Below are positions 30,010 to 40,836 of a DNA stretch of 64,000 bases, in pieces. This stretch comes from an uncultured delta proteobacterium (lineage in GTDB: Bacteria; Myxococcota; B64-G9). The translations under genes were made by a program, and so were the position numbers. The DNA is taken from contig CAVWHX010000004.1 in assembly GCA_963754925.1 (NCBI GenBank), forward strand, positions 64,001-128,000, given 5' to 3'. The notes under the pieces were generated by a model. That model did not search any database. It was not told where the DNA came from and was given only the letters and a program-made list of their open reading frames with translations. Each line of letters begins with the position of its first letter. Position 1 is the first letter of the stretch.

Positions 30010-31227
30010 ATGAAAAAAACAATGGTGCTGGGAATTGTTTTGATCGTTTCGATATTGTGGCTTAGCTGCAAATCTACGAGCCCTCAGCCTCCTAAACATA
30101 GCCAAAACAACCTTTCGCTGATCGAATCTTCGAACCAGTTCGGATTCAAACTATTTACCGAAGTGATTGCCAAATCCGACGGCGGCAACGTGTTCATCTC
30201 ACCGCTTTCGGTCTCTATGGCGCTCGGGATGACCTACAAAGGATCGGCGGGAACTACTCAAGAGGCCATGAAAACAACCCTTGGGTTTGAGGGGTTCAGC
30301 GACCAACAGATCAATCAGGGTTATCGCACCTTAATCGACTACCTCACACTGCTCGATCCGAAGGTCAAAATAGAGATCGCCAACTCCATCTGGTACCGAA
30401 AGGATCTTGACGTTTTACAGGAGTTTATCGACCTCAACAAGACCTTCTTTGACGCAGTGGTATCGGCCCTAAACTTTAATGATCCGGGCGCCGCGGACAC
30501 CATCAACGCCTGGGTGAACGGAAAAACCCACGGCAAGATAGACAGCATCGTGGACAAACCCATCGATCCGACTCTGGTCATGTTCCTGATAAACGCCACC
30601 TACTTTAAAGGAGACTGGACCTACCAATTCGACAAAAGTAAGACCGCATCGGGCACCTTCCACACTCCTGCCGGAGACAAGACCGTGTCGATGATGAAAC
30701 TCCACGGCGACAAGCTGCCGTATCTGGCGACCGATAAATTCCAAGCCGTAGATCTCCCATACGGAAACGGGTCTTTTGCCATGGCTATTTTTGTGCCGAA
30801 GGAACGCCACAATATCGACGAGCTTGTCTCCATGCTAACTCCCGACAACTGGGCAACTTGGTCAGCGGGCTTCGTGAGAGAAGAGGGCGACGTATCCCTG
30901 CCGCGGTTTGAGCTGGAATACAACGCGAGCCTCAAAAAGGTGCTCATCGCGCTTGGGATGGCGATAGCCTTCAGCGACAGCCAAGCTGATTTCAGCCGCA
31001 TCCATTCCGACGGTGGGCTATCCATCAGCGACGTCAAGCACAAGACCTATGTAAAGGTTGATGAAGAAGGCACCGAGGCGGCGGCGGTCACTTCAGTAGG
31101 AATTCAATTTACTTCGTTGGCTCCACCATACTTTATCTTCCGGGTCGACCGGCCGTTTGTGATCGTGCTCCACGACAAAAAATCAAAGGCCTTGTTGTTC
31201 ATGGGCAAAATTACAGACCCGATTTAG
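30010..31227 (+). CDS. Serpin-family lipoprotein
   Basis: NVFISPLS, INAWVNGKTHGKI, LINATYFKGDW, VDEEGTEAAAVT hinge, FRVDRPF, LFMGKI; lipobox WLSC. Confidence 0.93.
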   Translation: MKKTMVLGIVLIVSILWLSCKSTSPQPPKHSQNNLSLIESSNQFGFKLFTEVIAKSDGGNVFISPLSVSMALGMTYKGSAGTTQEAMKTTLGFEGFSDQQINQGYRTLIDYLTLLDPKVKIEIANSIWYRKDLDVLQEFIDLNKTFFDAVVSALNFNDPGAADTINAWVNGKTHGKIDSIVDKPIDPTLVMFLINATYFKGDWTYQFDKSKTASGTFHTPAGDKTVSMMKLHGDKLPYLATDKFQAVDLPYGNGSFAMAIFVPKERHNIDELVSMLTPDNWATWSAGFVREEGDVSLPRFELEYNASLKKVLIALGMAIAFSDSQADFSRIHSDGGLSISDVKHKTYVKVDEEGTEAAAVTSVGIQFTSLAPPYFIFRVDRPFVIVLHDKKSKALLFMGKITDPI

Positions 31228-31263
31228 GGCAACGGCGCGGGGTTGCTCCTACCGCCATGGTAC

Positions 31264-33002
31264 CTAACAACTATCAGGAAGGGTAAAGGAGAAGGTGCTT
31301 CCTCTGCCGACCTCGGACTCGACCCAGATTTTCCCGCCCCAGCTTTCGACAATCCGCCGCACGATCGCCAATCCGACGCCGCTGTTTTCGAACTCGTCCT
31401 TGGTTTGCAGGGTTTGAAATATCTTGAAGATCCGCTCGTGATGCCGCGCGTCGATACCGGGACCGTTATCACTAACATACAATCGCCAAAAACCGTTTTC
31501 ACGCAGAGCGCCGATCTCGACTTCCCCTCGAGGCTTGTCGTTGAACTTCACCGCGTTGCCGATTAAGTTCTGAAAGACCTGACCCAAGCGCGTCGGATCG
31601 CCCACCACCTGCGGAAGCTTGGACTCCACCACGACCGAGACACGCTCCGGGGGCGAGAGCAGGTCAATGGTATACTCAACCATTTCGTTGAGATCGACGC
31701 AGATCCTCTGTTCGTCGACCCGTCCGATGCGCGAGTACTCGAGTACGCCGTCAATGAGCATGTGCATCCGTTTAACGCACCCGCCAAGAGCTCCAGGTGC
31801 TCCCGACCCTCCGGGCCTAGTTTGTCGGCGTAGTCAGAGGCCAAAATGTGTGCTAATGAGGAAACCGCTCGTAGGGGAGCCTTGAGATCGTGCGATACGA
31901 CGTGAGCAAATTCGGTGAGCTCGCGATTAGCTTTTTGAAGTTGCGCCACCAACTGGGCCTGCGCCAGCTCGGCCTGCTTGCGTGCGGCGATATTATTCAT
32001 GGCCACAATCACGTGTCGTTTTCCTTCCAGCATCAGGGGATCGGCGTTGACCTCAAGCCAGAGATGCACTTCGCGTCCATCGACCGAAACAACTGTTTCC
32101 GTTTCAACATCATGCACCGGCTGTCCGGAACGCAACACCGACTCGAATGCGCCGCGCAGACTGCATGATTGGCAATGTGGCGTCCGTCCGCAGCCGCCAG
32201 GATCGCCGACGGCATGGACGCACCCAATGAGGTTACCCGGTTGATCGCCGGTGAGCACCGACACCTCTTTTCCAACCCAACGAGAAACCGCGTTATTGAC
32301 CCTTCGAACGGTCCCCGTTTCGTCGACCAAGAGCATACCCACATTGACCAAGTCGAAAACCGCCTGCAAATTGGATCGCTCTTTGGCCAGCGACTCTTCG
32401 GCCTGCGTGCGGTCGATGACTTCCGCCTGGAGCAACGCGTTGGCGGCCTCCAATTGTTCGGTGCGCTGGTTGACCAACTCCTCGAGGTGATTGCGATGCT
32501 TCAGGAGCTCCGCTTCGACGTGCTTGCGCTCGGTGACATCGATACCCATTTCCAAGATGAGGGTGGAGCCGTCAAGGTCGGCGAAGGGAAAGTCGGAGAT
32601 GTAGTAGTTGCGGCTATCCGGGCCGGTCCACTCCCACTCAAGGGGTGTCATGGTCTTTAGAACCTTGTAGGTTTCGCAAACTTCGCAGGGCTCGCTACGA
32701 CCGAATAGATACTCAAAACAGCGCTTGCCGTGAGATTCGCCGAAGCGCTCGCGGAAAAAGCGGTTGGCAAAGGGCACGTGGTAATCCGGTGTAAGCAGTA
32801 TTACATACGCCGGTAGCACGTCCAGGACATCCATGAACCGCCGTCGTTCGGATGCCAGCGCGTCGATGGTTTTTTGCAGCTCCGTCGTGCGGGCCAACAC
32901 ATCACGATCGTCGGCGCGTGGTTGTTTACGGCCAGGAGCGCGGCCCTTGCTTTGAGCGTTTTTCTTTCTTGGTTTTGTTGTATTCCGCGAGATCGCCACC
33001 AC
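31264..33002 (-). CDS. Cytoplasmic PAS-PAS sensor histidine kinase (frameshift near 31775)
   Basis: H-box VSHDLKAPL in 31563..33002; NLIGNAVKF, DNGPGI, GVGLAI, GSTF in 31264..31767. Confidence 0.85.
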
Positions 33003-33148
33003 ACGGCTCCTTTAGCCATTGCTTGAAACACCGCACTAAAAAAGACAATGCGAGAGTAGCTCAATTTTTCAGGCAGTTGTCAATAACGGTATGGGCTGGT
33101 TGGATAAAACCGTTTTGATGACGTTAAAAAGCAACGTTTGTCAGGTCG

Positions 33149-33835
33149 TTAGGATTTTATAGTCACCAGCACATTGAGATCGATGCCCGGCAGGCCGATG
33201 TCACCGAGAGAAAGCTTCACCATTATTCCGTCTGCAACGCCCGAAGGAATGGATATTTTTATGTCGTCGTATTCAACGACCTGACCATAACCTTGACACG
33301 TATCACACGAGAGTAGGCCCAAAAACCCGGCGCCATTGCAATTGACGCAGGTTCGCTCCACCGGAATTTTGAGAGGAATAGATCCGCCGCTCATAGCCTC
33401 GGCCGGACTGAGAACCAACTCCACATACAGATCCTTATGACGGGATGCCCCCCTCCCCTGGGTAAAAAACCCGGGAACCCAACCTTCGAAGAATTCGTCT
33501 AATTCTGCAAAAAGCCTGCTTTGCTCGTGTCTTCGGCGCATGGGACTACCCAGGTCCATCATCGCCGGAGCCCGATATCTGGGCCGGACCATCGTTTCCG
33601 CCTCAATCTCAACCTGACGGGTCGGTTTTTGCACTCGCAGGTTTTTATCGTGCTGCGAACGCAACTCGGGGTTCGAAAGGACATCGTAGGCGTCTTTGAT
33701 CTCTAAAAACTTCTCCGTCGGTGGTTGACAATAATCCGGGTGATAGAGCTTTACTAAACGCCGGTAAGCGCTTTTTACCTGTCGCAAGTCTGCATCGCGC
33801 GAAATGCCGAGGACTACATATAGATTCCTCGCCAT
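33149..33835 (-). CDS. DnaJ-domain protein with partial zinc finger / C-terminal domain
   Basis: YVVLG...KSAYRRLVKLYHPD; CVNCNGAG, CDTCQGYG. Confidence 0.85.
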   Translation of the reverse strand: MARNLYVVLGISRDADLRQVKSAYRRLVKLYHPDYCQPPTEKFLEIKDAYDVLSNPELRSQHDKNLRVQKPTRQVEIEAETMVRPRYRAPAMMDLGSPMRRRHEQSRLFAELDEFFEGWVPGFFTQGRGASRHKDLYVELVLSPAEAMSGGSIPLKIPVERTCVNCNGAGFLGLLSCDTCQGYGQVVEYDDIKISIPSGVADGIMVKLSLGDIGLPGIDLNVLVTIKS

Positions 33836-34235
33836 GGCAAACCTCCTCCGTGCAACCCGGTTCTGATAGCGGCTTAACAAATATTCAAATACTTTAGTAA
33901 GTTACACCATCGCCAGGGTCAGGTATCGATTGTAATAATTAAAAACTCTTTGGCGCTTGTCAAGTACCTTAGATTCTGCCCAACATAGGTAGCGCGGCTT
34001 TTTCTAATAAAAAATGTTTACAATACTATAAAGTTCTGCCATCCTCTTTACGAGATTGCTGGGATTTGGCCCAATGCATGGTTTAGCGATCAATGGGATC
34101 AAGCAACAGCATAAGGAATTTGTGAGGTAGTGTATCGGAAATCGCGTTGGCGGATGACCAACGCACAACCTGATCGCTTTTGTTCAACGGAAATTTATCG
34201 CGTTTCAAAAGTGATCGAAAAAAGGGAGTAGTCTG

Positions 34236-34436
34236 ATGGCGAGTGGAAAAGTGAAATGGTTCAACGATGCTAAAGGTTTCGGATTCATCGAGCAGGAGAA
34301 TGGCGAAGACGTATTTGTCCATTTCTCAGCAATCAAGAGCGAGGGCTTCAAGTCGCTGAAAGAAGGTGACCTCGTGGAGTTTGAAGTCACCAAAGGCCCC
34401 AAGGGCCTTCAGGCCCAAAACGTAACCACACGGTAA
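34236..34436 (+). CDS. Cold-shock protein
   Basis: [34 protein letters not shown]. Confidence 0.97.
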   Translation: MASGKVKWFNDAKGFGFIEQENGEDVFVHFSAIKSEGFKSLKEGDLVEFEVTKGPKGLQAQNVTTR

Positions 34437-34464
34437 CTGCATAATTAATTTCAATCGCTCATCC

Positions 34465-34497
34465 AAAAGCCGGGCCGCGTGGCCCGGCTTTTTTTTT
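34465..34497 (+). terminator. Rho-independent terminator, probably bidirectional
   Basis: AAAAGCCGGGCC-GCGT-GGCCCGGCTTTTTTTTT between convergent genes. Confidence 0.85.
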
Positions 34498-34532
34498 GTC
34501 ACGAGCCATACTGTTGAGCTGGGATTTGAAGA

Positions 34533-35072
34533 TTACGACCTCAGAATGAATTTCTTGGAAAAAGCAACGATTGCCCAACTAATCGCATGATAGATGAGCA
34601 TTCCTACTATCAGACCGATTAATGCGTAAACGATGGTCTCAAGAGTGACCGGAACGCCTGGGGTAAAATTATGGAACGTATTCTTGACGATGCCGGCATC
34701 CAGATCCTTTAGAAAAACGATGAATTTAGTATAGGTACTGGCGGTGTTGAGCTCCTCGAGCGCCCGGGTGAGCACCTTTAGCCGGCTAATGTTCTCCTCC
34801 ATGATCTTACCGGTGCTCACAAAATCGACGACGGCGGAGGTTAAGTGTGTCGCGACAAACTGCTCGAGCGTCTTTCCTGCTTCTGTGGCGGCTTGAGTAT
34901 ACTGTCCGACAATACGGGTCAGTTCATCAACATGGCCTCCCAGGCGCTGCAGGTATTGCGCCATAAACTGCGGTATCTGAGCGAACATGAAAGCACAGAC
35001 GACTGCGACTATTCGGTCGAGAAGCCCGTCAATCACGTTAAACGGAAAGCTTATCACTCGCTTAGTATCCAT
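34533..35072 (-). CDS. DUF2937-like membrane protein
   Basis: QIPQFMAQYLQRLGGHVDE motif, FTPGVP, terminal TM helices. Confidence 0.7.
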   Translation of the reverse strand: MDTKRVISFPFNVIDGLLDRIVAVVCAFMFAQIPQFMAQYLQRLGGHVDELTRIVGQYTQAATEAGKTLEQFVATHLTSAVVDFVSTGKIMEENISRLKVLTRALEELNTASTYTKFIVFLKDLDAGIVKNTFHNFTPGVPVTLETIVYALIGLIVGMLIYHAISWAIVAFSKKFILRS

Positions 35073-35220
35073 CGCCGGACCTCCCTGAGCGCACCACACA
35101 ATGATTCGGTAGTGATTCCTTCCTCATTATATACTGTTATATAGTATCGCACCATGAAGTGGCCAGAACGTGGCTGACTATCCGAAACAGCCGCGTTTTT
35201 CGAAAGGAAGGAGCTCTCAC

Positions 35221-36084
35221 GTGATTGAACGATTTCGATTGGACAACAAGGTGGCGATCGTTTCCGGGGCAGGCCGTGGCATCGGCCGCAGCATCGCGCT
35301 GGCCCTGGCCGAGTCCGGCGGCGCAGTGGTATGCACCGCCAGGACTGTCGCCGAGATCGAGGCGGTCGCAGCCGAAATCCGCGCCCAGGGGGCACGGGCC
35401 ATCGCCATCCCGTGCGATGTAACCAACGAAGGCCAGCTCGACCATGTGGTCGGCCGCGCCCTCGATGAGTTCAGCGGGATCAACATCTTGGTGAATGTTG
35501 CCGGCGGCAGTCTCCCCTGCCTGGCCCTGCAAACCGACGCAGAGGAATTCGAGCAGGCGTTTCACTTTAACGTCACCTCGGCTTTCCTGCTTACCAAAAA
35601 GGTCGTCCCCGCCATGCTCAGGAGGGCCGACGGCGGCAGTATCGTCAATATTTCGTCGGCCCTGTCTCATTTCGTCGAGGTGGGATTCGTCTCGTACGGA
35701 ACGGCCAAGGCCGGCCTCTCCCACATGACCAGGCTACTGGCCTACGAATTCGCACCGCGGATGCGGGTGCAACGCCATTGCGATGCATCGAATCCTTACC
35801 GATGCGCTGGCGCCGTTTCTTTCGACCGGCGGTTTGCGGGAAAAAATGGAAGAGCTGACGCGGATGGGAAACGACTGGGAACGCCCGACGACGTCGCCTT
35901 GATGGCCCTCTACCTGGCCTCATCGGCTTCGAGCTGGGTAACCGGCAAAATCTTTGAGGTCGACGGCGGCACCGTGGCCTCGATTCAGCCATTAAGGCCC
36001 GGCGCTGTGATCGTTCGTGCAACCTCTCGTCCATGGGAAAGGTCTATCTCAATCCCTCGCGCGCCGCGGCCCTTCTGTGGGTGA
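35221..36084 (+). CDS. SDR oxidoreductase (7-alpha-HSDH-like; apparent compensating frameshifts ~35770-35870, 3' end uncertain)
   Basis: SGAGRGIG, NISS, YGTAKAG, WVTGKIFEVDGG. Confidence 0.8.
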   Translation: MIERFRLDNKVAIVSGAGRGIGRSIALALAESGGAVVCTARTVAEIEAVAAEIRAQGARAIAIPCDVTNEGQLDHVVGRALDEFSGINILVNVAGGSLPCLALQTDAEEFEQAFHFNVTSAFLLTKKVVPAMLRRADGGSIVNISSALSHFVEVGFVSYGTAKAGLSHMTRLLAYEFAPRMRVQRHCDASNPYRCAGAVSFDRRFAGKNGRADADGKRLGTPDDVALMALYLASSASSWVTGKIFEVDGGTVASIQPLRPGAVIVRATSRPWERSISIPRAPRPFCG

Positions 36085-36931
36085 CCGCGGTATATTTCGT
36101 GGCGCTCTGCATCGCGTATGCGACCACGCGAGCATTCCCTCATCTCGACCCGGTGTTGTTGGCCGGGGTCGCCGACCTGGCGGCAACCGTGGTTGTGTTC
36201 GGTTTCAGCATGGTGCTGAATAACTCAAGCATATACGATCCGTACTGGAGCGCCGCACCGATACCGATCACGATCTTCTGGGCATGGCTCGGATTGAAAT
36301 CCCCGATAAGCGTGGTGCGTATCGTTCTGGTGCTGGCGCTCGTTTGTTTTTGGGGAGTTCGCCTGAGTTCCAACTGGGTTCAACGCTGGCAAGGGCTTTC
36401 GGACGAGGACTTCCGCTACGCGACCATTCGCAGCAGGACGGGAAGAATGTACTGGTTGGCGAGTCTCATCACCATTCACCTGCTGCCGACAATATGGTTT
36501 TTGCCGGGCTGCTGCCGCTCTACCCAGCGCTCTCCTCCCGCTCGGAACGAACCTTCGGGGCGCTCGATGTCCTGGCCGCCGCGGTCACCCTCGCGGCCAT
36601 CGTCATCGAGACCCTGGCCGACAGGCAGCTTCGCCGATTTGTGAGCACCCGCCGCGATCCGAGCGCTGTCCTCGATACGGGTCTGTGGGCCCTGTGCCGC
36701 CATCCGAATTACTTGGGTGAAGTTCTATTTTGGTGGGGGCTATTCCTCTTCGGTCTGGCCGCGAATCCGTCCTGGTGGTGGACGTTCGTCGGGGCGCTGT
36801 CGATCACGTGCCTTTTTGTATTTGTCAGCGTGCCCTGGATGGATCGGCGCATGGCGATGGGACACCCGGCCTATGCCGCGCGCTTGCAAAATACTCCGGC
36901 GCTTTTCCCTTGGCCGCGCAAGCACTCGTGA
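36033..36931 (+). CDS. DUF1295 / steroid 5-alpha-reductase-like membrane protein (frameshift near 36500)
   Basis: NSSIYDPYWS, WGVRLS, EDFRY; then ADRQL, GLWALCRHPNYLGE in the next frame. Confidence 0.8.
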
Positions 36932-36934
36932 TAT

Positions 36935-37573
36935 TCACGCATCGTTTTCGAAAAGCTCCAACAATCCTTCCGCCATGAGCACATAGCCCTGGTCATTGGG
37001 ATGCACCCCGTCGTCGTTATGGAGTACGGAGCCTGATTTCGATAAAGCGCTCGTTGACCAGAAACGGTCCAGCTGCGCCACCGGGACCGAGAGCTGTGCT
37101 CCACCCGAATGATGGCGTCGTAAAACGGCCGGACGATAGCGGCATCGTGTTCGCGTTCGAGCGCACACGACGTTACCAAAATAACGGGCCGCCGGGAGTT
37201 CGAGAACGCGAGCGGCAATCGATTGCATCGAACCTTCGAAGTCTCGCGGATCGACTCCGCTGAAAGCGTCATTAAGCGCAAACTGGACGATGACCAGATC
37301 CGGTTTGAGATCGAGAACGCGGCCAAGCCGCGCAAGCCCGCCGTCGGCGGTGTCGCCCGGTATGCCAGCATTGTGGCGCCTAATCCGGGCGTTGGGATAT
37401 CGATCGCCGAGCATATCGACGAACCTATCGAAAAACCCCCGCTCGACTTCCCAGCCGTAGGTCAACGAATCACCCAGGCCGACGACAAGAAGTTCTTCCG
37501 ACCGCATCATTCGTTCAACCAGCGCTATGATAGCGGTGTGCATAAACCCTTTTCTACCAGGCTTTAAGTTCAT
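36935..37573 (-). CDS. SGNH/GDSL hydrolase (internal frameshifted segment)
   Basis: GDSLTYG, NAGIPGDT, FALND, DGVHPN. Confidence 0.8.
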   Translation of the reverse strand: MNLKPGRKGFMHTAIIALVERMMRSEELLVVGLGDSLTYGWEVERGFFDRFVDMLGDRYPNARIRRHNAGIPGDTADGGLARLGRVLDLKPDLVIVQFALNDAFSGVDPRDFEGSMQSIAARVLELPAARYFGNVVCARTRTRCRYRPAVLRRHHSGGAQLSVPVAQLDRFWSTSALSKSGSVLHNDDGVHPNDQGYVLMAEGLLELFENDA

Positions 37574-37693
37574 TGTGAAGATTCCGATGGTGTCTGGTTA
37601 TCTGATAGTGTATAGTACCGTAAAGCTTGATTGGCAGGCTTTTAAAACGGTCTTTCCGCGGTACGGCCACCGCGAACCGCAGGTGAGGTGAAC

Positions 37694-37891
37694 ATGAATC
37701 GCGGGCGTCCAACGGCGAGTAAACGCCAAAAGGAAAAAGAGCGAGAGGAATGGCGGAAGAAAAAGGACGAACGGCGCGCCCTGCGCAAGCAGGAGCAGGC
37801 CAACCGTCCTCCATCTTTGGATGGCGAAGATCCCGATATCGCCGGGATTGTTCCGGGCCCCCAACCAACACCAGATATTTTCAAGAACTAA
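37694..37891 (+). CDS. Small basic conserved hypothetical protein
   Basis: GAGG RBS; KRQKE...KKKDERR...EDPDIAGIVPGPQP. Confidence 0.65.
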   Translation: MNRGRPTASKRQKEKEREEWRKKKDERRALRKQEQANRPPSLDGEDPDIAGIVPGPQPTPDIFKN

Positions 37892-38057
37892 TCGACGAGA
37901 CAGCGGCCGCTCCGGCGTTGTCGCTTCCTTTTTTCCTTAACATAGTATTGATTAGTGCGTAACTGCTGGTTAGTCTGACCCGGCAGAAGGGGCTTGTGCT
38001 GTTTTGATTAAGGAACACCGTGCGTGCCGTCACCGTAGACATAAAGGAGACCGCAAA

Positions 38058-38699
38058 ATGCTTGTGCTTGATTCCCTGGGTGTTGGGCCATTGGCGACAA
38101 ACTGCTACATTGTCGGCGACTCAGACACGCGCGAGGCGATGGTGGTAGACCCCGGCGGACATGTCGGGGCAATCATTAGCGCGCTGGACCGCCACAACCT
38201 GACCTGCAAATGGATTGTCAATACCCACGCGCATTTCGATCATATCGGCGGGAACGGCGGCCTAAAGGAACAAACCGGCGCCGAGCTTATCATCCATGAA
38301 CGCGAGGCGAGCTGGCTCAGCCAATTGAGCGCTCAGGGGCGGATGTTCGGCATGTCCGTCGAGAATTCGCCCCCGGCCGACCGGACGCTAACCGGCGCTG
38401 AAACCTTGACGGTTGGAAAAATCCGCTTGAAGGTGCTGCACACCCCGGGGCATTCCCCCGGCAGCATATCGCTTCTCATCGAAGGCGAGAAAAAGATCAT
38501 CGTCGGCGACCTGGTCTTTGCCGATTCAATTGGCAGGACCGATCTGCCCGAGGGTTCGTTCGAAACCCTGGTCGAGAGCGTTCAAAAGCATATTTTCACC
38601 CAGCCCGACGATACCGCTCTCTACCCCGGACATGGCCCCGCCACGACGGTTGGTCACGAGCGACGCTACAATCCGTTTCTCAACGGCAGTTTTCCGTAA
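38058..38699 (+). CDS. MBL-fold metallo-hydrolase (glyoxalase II-like)
   Basis: THAHFDHIGG, HTPGHSPG, GD, YPGHG; AAGGAG RBS. Confidence 0.9.
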   Translation: MLVLDSLGVGPLATNCYIVGDSDTREAMVVDPGGHVGAIISALDRHNLTCKWIVNTHAHFDHIGGNGGLKEQTGAELIIHEREASWLSQLSAQGRMFGMSVENSPPADRTLTGAETLTVGKIRLKVLHTPGHSPGSISLLIEGEKKIIVGDLVFADSIGRTDLPEGSFETLVESVQKHIFTQPDDTALYPGHGPATTVGHERRYNPFLNGSFP

Positions 38700-38762
38700 C
38701 CACGTTATCGAAAAACATCTGCGGCGGCTTGGGCGAAGATTGGCTCACCTCCCTGTGTCGAT

Positions 38763-38942
38763 GGTGTTGCAAAATGCGTCACCCCCGCGAACCCCTAAAG
38801 GGATAAGAGATTGTACGCCTCGCTCAGCTTCGCTTGCTACAATCTCTAAGGCGGGGGTCCAGCAGACCTTTAAAAAATTGGATTCCAGCCAAGCCGCACG
38901 CCGCTTCCGCGGGAATGACATCCAGATACTTTTACAACATCC
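38763..38942. mobile_element. MITE-like composite: imperfect terminal IRs around a REP doublet carrying a 58-nt insert
   Basis: GGTGTTGCAAAA ... TTTTACAACATCC ends; GTCACCCCCGCGAA[38792-38849]GGCGGGGGTCCAG...GGATTCC...GGGAATGAC. Confidence 0.6.
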
Positions 38943-38981
38943 TCGGTGTCTGCAGGAATGGCCGCAACCAAGCATAATTCC

Positions 38982-40601
38982 TCACGCGCGTTCCAGCGAA
39001 AGCAGATCGGCCAGCTCAGTTCGATATTTGTCGATTTTCAACAAAAAAGTGCTGCGTGCAATGCCCAGCATTTTGGCGGCGCCGCTGTGGTTGCCGTCGT
39101 TGGCGGAAAGCGCCTGGCGAATGGCCTCGATCTCGACCTCGCGCAGGGTCTTGCCTTGCTGGTATACCCTGCGTTCCGAGATGCGTTCGGCCAAGGTGGG
39201 GGGGTGAAAGCTGAGATGTTCGGTTTTGATTTCCTCGCCGGGGCAGAAGATTGCCGCCCGGGTAATGATGTTTTTCAGCTCGCGTATATTGCCCGGGAAA
39301 CGGTACGTGCTCAGTTGCTTGAGCGCCTGCGGGTGGAGACCGCGTTTACCGATCTCGCGCGTGGCTTGCGAGAGAAAAATGTTCGCCAGCAGCGGGATAT
39401 CGGCCGGCCGTTCGCGCAGCGCCGGCAACTTAATCTCAAGCACGCAGATACGATAGAACAGATCCTCGCGAAATTCCCCGGTAGCGATGCGTGACTTAAT
39501 ATCGCGGTGCGTGGCGACGATCACCCGCACATCCACTTGCTGCGCAGTGTTGCTGCCGACTCTGCGGATCTCGCCGTTCTCCAAGACGCGTAGGAGTTTG
39601 GCTTGGAACTCAATCGGCAGCTCGCCGATCTCGTCGAGAAAGAGCGTTCCGCCATGGGCCTCCTCGAATAGCCCGATGCGGCGGCTCTGGGCTCCGGTAA
39701 AAGCGCCTTTCTCATGGCCAAACAGCTCGCTCTCGAGCAGTTCCCTGGTCAACGCCGAACAGTTGAGCGGCAGGAGCGGCTTATCAACCCGACGACTGAG
39801 GCGGTGGAGCTCCCGGGCCGCCAGCTCTTTGCCCGTACCCGACTCGCCGGTGATGAGCACCGTTTCGTCGCTCGGGGCGGCGCGGCGGATCAAATCGAAG
39901 ACCGGTTTCATGGCGGGGTCAACGCTTTGCATAGCGCCCAGGCCGACCGGCTCAAGGGCTTCAGCCGAGGTCTCGATCTGCAGGCGCACCCGCCCAATGG
40001 TAAGCTGACAGCCCGGATCGAGACGCGCCTCGCTCACGCGCACGTTGTTCACCATGGTGCCGTTGGTGCTGTCCAAATCGGTGATGAACCAGGCATCTGC
40101 CTTGTGATAGATGTGGCAGTGAAACCGAGAAACAAAGCCATCCCGTATGATCACATCGTTGGCGGCATCCGAGCCGATGGACAGTTTACCGCGCAGCGCG
40201 ATGCGCAGGGGTTTTTGTTCGATGCTGCCGATCAGCCACCATTCGCCTGTTTGCTTAATGGGCGGCATCGATTCGGTTACCCCGCCCGCCGTGGTCAGTG
40301 AGAGGTTTTCGCCTTCCCGGCGCTCGCGCAGCGTTACCTGGAGTTTGCCGAATTCGAGTCGCGAACCCAGGTTAAGCGATACCTCTTTGTAGCGCTTGCC
40401 GTCGACGACGGTTCCCTTGCCGGAACGATCCAGCAGCCACGGTGTTCCGTGACGCATCTCAATCTGGCACTGCTGGCGGGAGACGGAGGCGTCCGGCACG
40501 GCCAAGTCATTGGTCTGCGCCCGGCCGATGCGAAACGACGCGCGCTCCAACGGCACGGCGATCAGATCCTTGCCTCCTCGCGAGACAACGAGCTCCAGCA
40601 T
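38982..40601 (-). CDS. Sigma54-dependent activator with two FHA domains
   Basis: IGRAQTND...VSRQ, SRFH...[28 protein letters not shown]-terminal HTH. Confidence 0.92.
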   Translation of the reverse strand: MLELVVSRGGKDLIAVPLERASFRIGRAQTNDLAVPDASVSRQQCQIEMRHGTPWLLDRSGKGTVVDGKRYKEVSLNLGSRLEFGKLQVTLRERREGENLSLTTAGGVTESMPPIKQTGEWWLIGSIEQKPLRIALRGKLSIGSDAANDVIIRDGFVSRFHCHIYHKADAWFITDLDSTNGTMVNNVRVSEARLDPGCQLTIGRVRLQIETSAEALEPVGLGAMQSVDPAMKPVFDLIRRAAPSDETVLITGESGTGKELAARELHRLSRRVDKPLLPLNCSALTRELLESELFGHEKGAFTGAQSRRIGLFEEAHGGTLFLDEIGELPIEFQAKLLRVLENGEIRRVGSNTAQQVDVRVIVATHRDIKSRIATGEFREDLFYRICVLEIKLPALRERPADIPLLANIFLSQATREIGKRGLHPQALKQLSTYRFPGNIRELKNIITRAAIFCPGEEIKTEHLSFHPPTLAERISERRVYQQGKTLREVEIEAIRQALSANDGNHSGAAKMLGIARSTFLLKIDKYRTELADLLSLERA

Positions 40602-40755
40602 ATGCGGCTTTCCTCCTGCAGGGATCGACAGGCGCACCCTATCGGGCATACCCTGGATTGTCAATGGCGGAGTGACTGGCGTGTAGACAAAACGACGTCA
40701 CCGGTTGCGAGCGCCTGATGGATGGTACGACTCATCCTCAATGACAAGAAATTGT

Positions 40756-40803
40756 CCACAGGATAAGAGATTCTAGCTTCGCTGTGCCCGCAAGAATCTC
40801 TAA
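40756..40803 (+). repeat. Solo GGATAAGAGA...TCTCTAA mini-hairpin element
   Basis: CC-ACA-GGATAAGAGATTCT-agcttcgctgtgcccgca-AGAATCTCTAA. Confidence 0.7.
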
Positions 40804-40836
40804 ATAAGCGTCGCTTCTCATGTTACAATCCGTAGG

